From: Candidatus Egerieisoma sp. | Lineage (GTDB): Bacteria; Bacteroidota; Bacteroidia; Bacteroidales; UBA932 | DNA length: 64,000 bases | Direction of reading: 5' to 3' | Assembly: GCA_045531975.1 (NCBI GenBank) | Contig: JAZSEZ010000052.1 | Location: 34,870-98,869, forward strand | In this document: positions 57,550 through 64,000 of the stretch, in pieces | Numbering within the stretch: the stretch's first letter is position 1 | Layout of the letters: every line of letters begins with the position of its first letter | Made by a program: the position numbers and the translations under genes | The notes under the pieces: generated by a model | The model's database searches: none | What the model was told of the DNA's origin: nothing | What the model saw: the letters and a program-made list of their open reading frames with translations, nothing else

Positions 57550-58845
57550 ATGAAAAAACTATTTACCACTCTTGCCGCTGCAGTTGTATCACTTACACTT
57601 TGCGCCTGCGGACAAACTCAAGACCAGGCAGCTGCTCAGGCTCCTGAAACAACCCCTGCTCCAAGCAATGCTATGGGAACATTCCCTGGAGAGGAGAATA
57701 TGAACTACGCAACAGATATCCTTACCGGAGCACAACAGGTAGAAGAATACCTTAAACTTGTAGAGGGCAAACGCCTATGCGTACTTTCAAACCAGTCTGG
57801 AATGGCATCTGCTACAGCTCACGTATTGGATACCCTATTGGCTCACAACGTAAAAGTTACTTGCATTATGTCACCTGAGCACGGATTCAGAGGCGATGCC
57901 GATGCCGGTGAGCACGTATCAAGTTCAACAGACCCTAAAACCGGTATTCCAATCCGCTCACTATATGAGGGAAAAACAGGCAAACCTTCACCAGAAGTAA
58001 TGAAAGAGTTTGACGTTCTTGTATTTGACCTTCAGGATGTGGGAGTAAGATTCTACACATACTACGTAACAATGGTTAAAATGATGGCTGCCTGCGCAAT
58101 TGACGGCAAAGAGTTCATTGTACTTGACCGCCCTAACCCTATAGGATTCTACGTAGACGGTCCTATCCTTGATATGGAGAAATACAAATCAGGCGTTGGA
58201 AGCCTTCCAATCCCTGTTGTACACGGTATGACCCTTGGTGAGATAGCATATATGGCTAACGAGAAAGACTGGTTGAAACACGGTCACAAAGATGCTGCAG
58301 GCAAAAAAGTTGACCTTAAAGTTGTAAAATGCCAGAATTACACCCACGCAAAACTATACAGATTGCCTATCAAGCCATCTCCAAACTTGGGCGATATGAG
58401 AGCAATCTACCTTTACCCTTCAACCTGCTACTTTGAGGGAACCCCTGTAAGCCTTGGCCGCGGTACTGCAAAAGCATTCCAGATGTACGGCCACCCAAAT
58501 ATGTTGGGCTACAAATACAGCTTCACCCCAAGAAGCATCCCTGGAGCAAAAAATCCTCCTCTATTGGATAAAGAGTGCTGGGGCGTAGACCTTACAACCA
58601 ACCCTTCAATTGAGCAGATTAATGCAGACGGTATCAACTTGGAGTACATTGTAGATGCATACACCAACCTTAACCTTGGCGACCACTTCTTCCGCAATAT
58701 GTTTGAGCTTGAGATTGGCCAGGCATACGTAAGAAAAATGATTAAAGAGGGTAAATCTGCCAAAGAGATTGAGGCAATGTGGACAGAAGACGTGGAGAAA
58801 TTCAAACAGGAGAGAAAACCTTACCTTCTATACCCGGAAAACTAA
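57550..58845 (+). CDS. DUF1343 family protein (exo-beta-N-acetylmuramidase NamZ-like) lipoprotein
   Basis: Has the lipobox LTLCACG. The length and segments (VLSNQSGM, PEHGFRGD, FDLQDVGVRFYTY, LDRPNP) resemble DUF1343/NamZ proteins. Confidence 0.6.
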   Translation: MKKLFTTLAAAVVSLTLCACGQTQDQAAAQAPETTPAPSNAMGTFPGEENMNYATDILTGAQQVEEYLKLVEGKRLCVLSNQSGMASATAHVLDTLLAHNVKVTCIMSPEHGFRGDADAGEHVSSSTDPKTGIPIRSLYEGKTGKPSPEVMKEFDVLVFDLQDVGVRFYTYYVTMVKMMAACAIDGKEFIVLDRPNPIGFYVDGPILDMEKYKSGVGSLPIPVVHGMTLGEIAYMANEKDWLKHGHKDAAGKKVDLKVVKCQNYTHAKLYRLPIKPSPNLGDMRAIYLYPSTCYFEGTPVSLGRGTAKAFQMYGHPNMLGYKYSFTPRSIPGAKNPPLLDKECWGVDLTTNPSIEQINADGINLEYIVDAYTNLNLGDHFFRNMFELEIGQAYVRKMIKEGKSAKEIEAMWTEDVEKFKQERKPYLLYPEN

Positions 58846-58870
58846 GATTCTCTTCCCGACAGAAACATTC

Positions 58871-58895
58871 CGTGCCCCACTTCGGGGCACGTTTT
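58871..58895 (+). terminator. rho-independent terminator
   Basis: CGTGCCCCACTTCGGGGCACGTTTT. Confidence 0.8.
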
Positions 58896-58975
58896 GCATA
58901 TGCACCATTCCCCAACTGACACTCCAGTGCGATTGGGGCACGTTTCGGGGCAGATTTGTTCCCCAACAGGCACCA

Positions 58976-59025
58976 GAAAACACTTCGGGCACAGAATCGT
59001 ATGATTTTGTGCCCGAAGTGTTTTC
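58976..59025. repeat. perfect 18-bp stem hairpin downstream of uvrA
   Basis: GAAAACACTTCGGGCACA, a 14-nt loop, then TGTGCCCGAAGTGTTTTC. The 3' arm runs straight into a CTTCCCGACAGA motif copy. Confidence 0.85.
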
Positions 59026-59055
59026 TTCCCGACAGATTCCGCTCACCCCCCGCCT

Positions 59056-61884
59056 TTACCCAAAAATTTCCTTAAGGAACTGCCCCGTATAAGAGTGCGG
59101 GCAAGCGGCAACCTGCTCAGGGGTTCCTTGGGCAATAATCTGACCGCCACCGGCACCACCTTCAGGGCCCATATCTACCAACCAGTCCACACATTTGAGC
59201 ACATCAAGGTTGTGTTCTATCACTACAACTGTATTTCCTTGCTCCACAATCTTATGCAATACACCAAGAAGAATTTTTATATCCTCAAAATGCAATCCTG
59301 TGGTAGGCTCATCCAAAATATAGATACTGTTACCAGTCCCTTTTTTGGACAATTCTGTTGCCAGTTTCACCCTCTGGCTCTCTCCACCGCTCAACGTTGT
59401 TGATGGCTGGCCAAGTTTTATATAGCCCAATCCCACATCATTAAGGGCCTTTATCTTTTGGGCAATTGAAGGTACCGGTTCAAAGAATTCCACAGCCTCC
59501 GCTATGGTCATCTCCAGTACATCATTTATGCTCTTGCCTTTATATTTTACAGCCAAAGTCTCGTGATTGTACCTCTTTCCGTTGCACTCTTTACAATGTA
59601 CATACACACTTGGAAGGAAATTCATCTCTACGGTTTCCACTCCTGCCCCCTTGCAGGTTTCGCAACGCCCACCCTTTACATTAAAGGAGAAACGTCCAGC
59701 CTTGAATCCGCGCACTTTGGCGTCGGGAGTATTCTCAAACAACTTCCTTATATCTCCAAACACATTGGTGTAGGTTGCCGGATTGCTGCGTGGGGTACGC
59801 CCAATGGGGCTCTGGTCCACTACAATAAGTTTGTCTATATTCTCCAACCCCTCAATTCCGGTATATGGAAGAGGGTTTGCCAATGAGCGGTAGAAATGTT
59901 TGCTCAAAATTGGCATCAGGGTTTCATTTATAAGGGTAGATTTTCCGCTGCCGCTCACACCGCTAACCCCCACAAAACATCCCAAAGGAAGTTTTAAGTC
60001 TACCCCTTTAAGATTATTTCCGGTTGCCCCAAACAGCTCCAGGAACTTGCCGTTTCCTGCGCTGCGGGCAGCAGGTATCTCTATTTTGCGCACACCCCTC
60101 AAATAATCTGCGGTAAAGCTGTTGAGTTTATGCAGCTCATCCAAAGGCATCTGATAAACCCCCTCAGGTTTGCCGTTATAAAGCAGCTTGCCGCCGTGTG
60201 CACCTGCCCCTGGACCAAGGTCTATGAGCCAGTCGCTCTCTCTAATCATCTCCTCATCGTGCTCAACCACCATTACAGAGTTCCCTTCATCACGCAACCG
60301 TTTAAGGGAAGCAATCAGTTTTCTGTTATCCCTTTGGTGCAGGCCAATACTCGGCTCATCCAAAATGTACAATACATTCACCAGTTTGCTTCCTATTTGG
60401 GTTGCAAGTCTTATTCGCTGGCTCTCTCCTCCACTAAGGCTGCGGGTAGCACGCCCCAATGAGAGGTAATTCAACCCCACCTGCTGCAAGAACCCAACCC
60501 TGTCCCTCAGCTCCTTAAGGATATCCTGGGCAATAAGGTTCTGTTTAGGTGATAATTTATAGGGAAGAGACTCTATCCACTGGGCCAGCTGGTCTATATC
60601 CAATGCACTTACCTGTGCAATATCTTTATCATCTATTTTAAAATAAAGGGCATCCTTTTTAAGGCGGTTGCCTCCACACTCCGGACACTCCACCTCCTCT
60701 ATGAAACGCTCTTTTTTCTCACTTATCTCCTCATTGTTCTGCTCCAGCTTTGAGATTACCCCTGCAAATGGGGCAAGCTGGGTGCCATCAGTAAGATTTA
60801 CCCTAAAGAGTTCATCGGTACCGTAAATTATCATATCCAGCACCTCTTGCGGCAACTCCTTAACCGGTACATTAAGTGAGAATTCGTGCACCTTGGCCAT
60901 ACTCTCCAAAATGCGGAACCAGTTGTTGTCTTTATATGGCCCCAACGGTTCAAATGCCCCCTGCAAAATACTCTTGGATGGGTTAGGGATAATCTTCCCC
61001 ATATCTATACGTGAAATATAACCCAAGCCTTTGCATTTTGGACAGGCTCCCTGAGGGGAATTGAATGAGAATGTATGAGGTGCAGGCTCGGGGAATGAAA
61101 GTCCGCTCTCCGGGCACATAAGATGTTTGCTCAAGAACCTCAACGGAGTGGAATCTATATCCTCCTGTTTCTCAAAATTAAGGATAGCCATTGTCCCTTT
61201 ACCCTGCTCCAGCGCCTGCCCAACAGAATTTGCAATACGCTTGTAATCCTCTTGTTGAGGAACCAGCTTGTCTATTACAAGCTCTATGAAGTGGGTTTTA
61301 TAACGGTCCAACGGATCTACATCTGCCAGATAGAACATCTCCCCATCTATCCTTATCTGCTGGTAACCCTTCCTTACAAGTGATTCAAACAGCTCTTTAT
61401 AATGACCTTTTCTACCTACCACAAGGGGGGCCAGAACAATACATTTCTTTCCGGCATATTCATCAAGGATAAGTGAAACAATCTGCTCGTTGGTATATTT
61501 CACCATTGGCTTGCCCGTTGCAGGAGAATAAGCTACAGAAGCCTTTGCATAAAGCAGACGCAAAAAATCGTAAATCTCTGTAATTGTGCCTACTGTAGAA
61601 CGGGGATTCTTGCCGGTAGTCTTCTGCTCAATTGCAATAATAGGGCTGAGTCCCGTAATGGAATCTACGGCCGGACGCTCCAGTATGCCAATAAATTGCC
61701 TTGCATATGCAGAAAGGGTCTCCATATAGCGGCGCTGCCCCTCTGCATAAATTGTATCAAAAGCCAATGAAGATTTGCCACTGCCGCTCAACCCTGTAAC
61801 CGTAACAAGCCTGTTGCGCGGAATGGTAACATTCACCCCCTTAAGATTGTGCACCCTTGCACCTGTAACCTCAATTTTATCCAT
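59056..61884 (-). CDS. uvrA: excinuclease ABC subunit A
   Basis: Has two ABC modules (GLSGSGKSSL, GVSGSGKST, LSGGESQR twice) and the zinc-finger motifs CPECGG and CETCKGAG. Length is 942 aa. Confidence 0.95.
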   Translation of the reverse strand: MDKIEVTGARVHNLKGVNVTIPRNRLVTVTGLSGSGKSSLAFDTIYAEGQRRYMETLSAYARQFIGILERPAVDSITGLSPIIAIEQKTTGKNPRSTVGTITEIYDFLRLLYAKASVAYSPATGKPMVKYTNEQIVSLILDEYAGKKCIVLAPLVVGRKGHYKELFESLVRKGYQQIRIDGEMFYLADVDPLDRYKTHFIELVIDKLVPQQEDYKRIANSVGQALEQGKGTMAILNFEKQEDIDSTPLRFLSKHLMCPESGLSFPEPAPHTFSFNSPQGACPKCKGLGYISRIDMGKIIPNPSKSILQGAFEPLGPYKDNNWFRILESMAKVHEFSLNVPVKELPQEVLDMIIYGTDELFRVNLTDGTQLAPFAGVISKLEQNNEEISEKKERFIEEVECPECGGNRLKKDALYFKIDDKDIAQVSALDIDQLAQWIESLPYKLSPKQNLIAQDILKELRDRVGFLQQVGLNYLSLGRATRSLSGGESQRIRLATQIGSKLVNVLYILDEPSIGLHQRDNRKLIASLKRLRDEGNSVMVVEHDEEMIRESDWLIDLGPGAGAHGGKLLYNGKPEGVYQMPLDELHKLNSFTADYLRGVRKIEIPAARSAGNGKFLELFGATGNNLKGVDLKLPLGCFVGVSGVSGSGKSTLINETLMPILSKHFYRSLANPLPYTGIEGLENIDKLIVVDQSPIGRTPRSNPATYTNVFGDIRKLFENTPDAKVRGFKAGRFSFNVKGGRCETCKGAGVETVEMNFLPSVYVHCKECNGKRYNHETLAVKYKGKSINDVLEMTIAEAVEFFEPVPSIAQKIKALNDVGLGYIKLGQPSTTLSGGESQRVKLATELSKKGTGNSIYILDEPTTGLHFEDIKILLGVLHKIVEQGNTVVVIEHNLDVLKCVDWLVDMGPEGGAGGGQIIAQGTPEQVAACPHSYTGQFLKEIFG

Positions 61885-61942
61885 TACTTAACTCTCCTCT
61901 TCCCGATAATTTTATCTCTGTTCCCTCTATCCCACATCCCCA

Positions 61943-62881
61943 CTACTCATTCTTGGCTGCCTCTCTGCTAACCGGCACAAGCACTTTATATGTCTTGCCC
62001 AACTTGTTTGTAAGTTTGTTTGAACGTATCCACTCGTTGCACATCTTAATCATCTTAAAGTTGGTATTGTGCTTGCGTGCAAATTCACTCCAGTTGGCAA
62101 CAGGGCCCTTAACCTCAACTGTCTTGCACTCAATTGGCTTATACAAATCATCTTCAGAAATGTTGAAACCGTAATCTTTAAGATTGTTCATCATTATCTT
62201 AAATGCAACAGCCCTGTAAACATATCTTGCAGTCTCCAAAGGGAGCTGCATATCGTAATAATTGTTCAAAGACTGGTAACCTATACGGCTGTCAATATTT
62301 GCCATACCTACATTGTATGAAGCTGCAGCGAGTGTCCAGGTACCATATTTTTCATACCCTTTCTTAAAATATTTGCAGGCAGCACGGGTAGCTTTCTCCC
62401 AATTGTATCTCTCATCCACCTCAGAACCAACCTCCAAACCATAATCCCTTGCTGTACCGGCCAGAAACTGCCAGTACCCTTTTGCCCCTGCAGGGGATGT
62501 CTGAGGCTGTAAAGAGCTCTCCGCCACACACAGGTAGAAGAAGTCTTCAGGAACCCCCTCCTCTGCAAGAATCTTGCATATCATATCCTTATATCTACCA
62601 CTCAGCTGAACAATATAAGAAAGGCTTCCGTGCCAATAATTTATTATAAGCATCTCCCGCTGAAGGCTCTCCCTTACATCAAAATACTCCAACGGAACCC
62701 TCTCTCCGGCAAATGATGCCTCCTGTGGAACTTTTGGAATAACCACATTCTGAATCTGTTGCTGTTGGGTAGAAACATTTCCCAGCAAAGATGCAAGAAA
62801 TCCTTTCTCCTCTGAGTTCTGTGCAAATGCAGCTGTGCAAACTGCAAAAAAGGCAACTGCCACCAAAACCACCCTCTTCAT
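61943..62881 (-). CDS. lytic transglycosylase (SLT domain) protein, secreted
   Basis: Start is taken at MKRVVLVAVAFFAVCTAAFAQ. The SLT catalytic region reads LCVAESSLQPQTSPAGAKGYWQF and AASYNVG. Confidence 0.7.
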   Translation of the reverse strand: MKRVVLVAVAFFAVCTAAFAQNSEEKGFLASLLGNVSTQQQQIQNVVIPKVPQEASFAGERVPLEYFDVRESLQREMLIINYWHGSLSYIVQLSGRYKDMICKILAEEGVPEDFFYLCVAESSLQPQTSPAGAKGYWQFLAGTARDYGLEVGSEVDERYNWEKATRAACKYFKKGYEKYGTWTLAAASYNVGMANIDSRIGYQSLNNYYDMQLPLETARYVYRAVAFKIMMNNLKDYGFNISEDDLYKPIECKTVEVKGPVANWSEFARKHNTNFKMIKMCNEWIRSNKLTNKLGKTYKVLVPVSREAAKNE

Positions 62882-62882
62882 A

Positions 62883-63533
62883 TTACTCATATCTTAGGAA
62901 AGGATTGGTGTTAAGTTCGTGTCCTATTGAAGTTTCGGGGCCGTGTCCAGGGTAAACTTTGCTGAACGGATCTGCAATTTTGCACACTTTGTTCAGCAGG
63001 CTCTCCATAAGGGCATCATAATCCCCTCCCGGAAGGTCTGTACGGCCAATGCTCCCCTGGAAAAGTGAATCACCTGTTATGATAAATTTGTCGGGAGCAG
63101 AATAATAACAAACTCCTCCTCTTGTATGGCCTGGGGAGTGGATTACCTGTAAAGATGAGTTTCCAAATGTTACATTGTCCCCATCATTTATATTTACCAT
63201 ATTCTCTACCGGTGGACGCTCAATTGTATAGCCGAACATCTGGCAATACTGCTGCGCCCTCTCCAGCTGCCCAACATCATCCTTGTGAATATATGTTGGA
63301 ATACCCCATTTGGCAGTAACAAAGGCATTTCCCATAACGTGGTCGAAATGGCCGTGGGTGCAAAGGAGTTTCACCGGAGTAAGGGCATTCTCCTCTATGA
63401 ACTTCACAAGCCTTTTCTGCTCATTCTCATTCTGCATTCCCGGATCAATAATCACACACTCTTTTGTATCATCATAAAGCACATAGCAGCACTCACGCAA
63501 ATCGTTAAAATAAAATGTCTTAACCTGTATCAT
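62883..63533 (-). CDS. MBL-fold metallo-hydrolase (glyoxalase II-like)
   Basis: Has the HxHxDH motif THGHFDH, plus later HSPGHTRG and PGHGP. Start is taken at MIQVKTFYFN. Confidence 0.8.
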   Translation of the reverse strand: MIQVKTFYFNDLRECCYVLYDDTKECVIIDPGMQNENEQKRLVKFIEENALTPVKLLCTHGHFDHVMGNAFVTAKWGIPTYIHKDDVGQLERAQQYCQMFGYTIERPPVENMVNINDGDNVTFGNSSLQVIHSPGHTRGGVCYYSAPDKFIITGDSLFQGSIGRTDLPGGDYDALMESLLNKVCKIADPFSKVYPGHGPETSIGHELNTNPFLRYE

Positions 63534-63626
63534 ATTATTCTGTATTTTTTCTGTTTGCACTATTAACACCGTTAATCCCACAAAAATACAAATAAAGAAG
63601 GAAATAATTATATCATTTATTTTTTA

Positions 63627-63634
63627 TACTTTTG
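63627..63634 (+). promoter_or_regulatory. Bacteroidota -7 box (TAnnTTTG)
   Basis: TACTTTTG lies 20 nt upstream of the ATG at 63654. Confidence 0.45.
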
Positions 63635-63653
63635 TACTGATAAAAGGAAATTT

Positions 63654-64000
63654 ATGCATATAGCCATTGCAGGAAATATAGGAAGCGGCAAAACAACCCT
63701 TACCAGAATGCTTACAGAGCATTACGGTTGGGAGGCCAAATATGAGGATGTGGATGTGAATCCGTATCTCTCAGATTTCTATAATGATATGCAAAGGTGG
63801 TCATTCAATCTGCAGATTTATTTCCTTAACAAAAGGTTCAAAGGGGTGGTAGATATCCACAACGCATCAAACATTGTAGTACAAGACAGAACCATTTATG
63901 AAGATGCCCGCATCTTTGCCCCTAACCTTCACGCAATGGGACTTATGAGTACCAGAGATTTTGAGAACTACAAATCTCTGTTTGACCTTATGATTTCACT
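63654..64000 (+). CDS. deoxynucleoside kinase, 3'-partial
   Basis: This ORF is absent from the supplied track because it runs off the window. It reads MHIAIAGNIGSGKTTLTRML (P-loop) ...NPYLSDFYNDMQRWSFNLQIYFLNKRF...QDRTIYED, typical of the dNK family. Confidence 0.8.
   Translation, partial: MHIAIAGNIGSGKTTLTRMLTEHYGWEAKYEDVDVNPYLSDFYNDMQRWSFNLQIYFLNKRFKGVVDIHNASNIVVQDRTIYEDARIFAPNLHAMGLMSTRDFENYKSLFDLMIS

Noticed and set aside
58871-59025. Possible CRISPR-like array, checked here and at the REP clusters at 9721-9865, 48339-48480 and 49594-49738.
   Set aside because: The repeats are inverted rather than direct. They are irregularly spaced, only 2 units per locus, and there are no cas genes. 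This is not a CRISPR array.
58769-59092. A 107-aa plus-strand ORF and a 72-aa minus-strand ORF (58828-59046) in the NamZ-uvrA gap.
   Set aside because: They run through terminator hairpins and repeat modules, and their peptide sequences mirror the repeats. The region is better explained as structured non-coding DNA.

Overview
This window looks like a chromosomal segment of a Bacteroidota (Bacteroidales-type) genome. Supporting signs are TAnnTTTG -7 promoter boxes, many lipoprotein or secretion signals, and typical gene content. That content includes a GGGtGRT/NifU-like pair, a C69 dipeptidase, several S9 peptidases, a FadL-like porin and the mutL-rhomboid-EEP trio. I call about 56 protein-coding genes (both edge genes partial), 2 tRNAs (Met-CAT and Gln-CTG) and 2 likely pseudogenes. 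There is no rRNA and no CRISPR array. Housekeeping genes (cysS, uvrA, mutL, folC, ispF, rsmE, tsaC-like, ssb-like, umuDC-like) are interspersed with an unusually dense set of secreted peptidases. The non-standard content lies mostly in the intergenic DNA. (1) A short oligomer, CTTCCCGA(Y)A, occurs at least 22 times on both strands, against about 2 expected. It sits in coding and non-coding DNA and often forms inverted pairs beside terminators. (2) An IS200-like (HUH/Y1) REP-associated-transposase-like gene is flanked on both sides by REP-doublet clusters, and a third cluster lies 39 kb away. (3) 55-bp direct repeats bracket an orphan MNT-type antitoxin gene whose HEPN partner is cut down to 24 codons. 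(4) Two MITE-like elements are bounded by 24-30 bp inverted repeats. All protein assignments rest on motif recognition by eye, with no database search.
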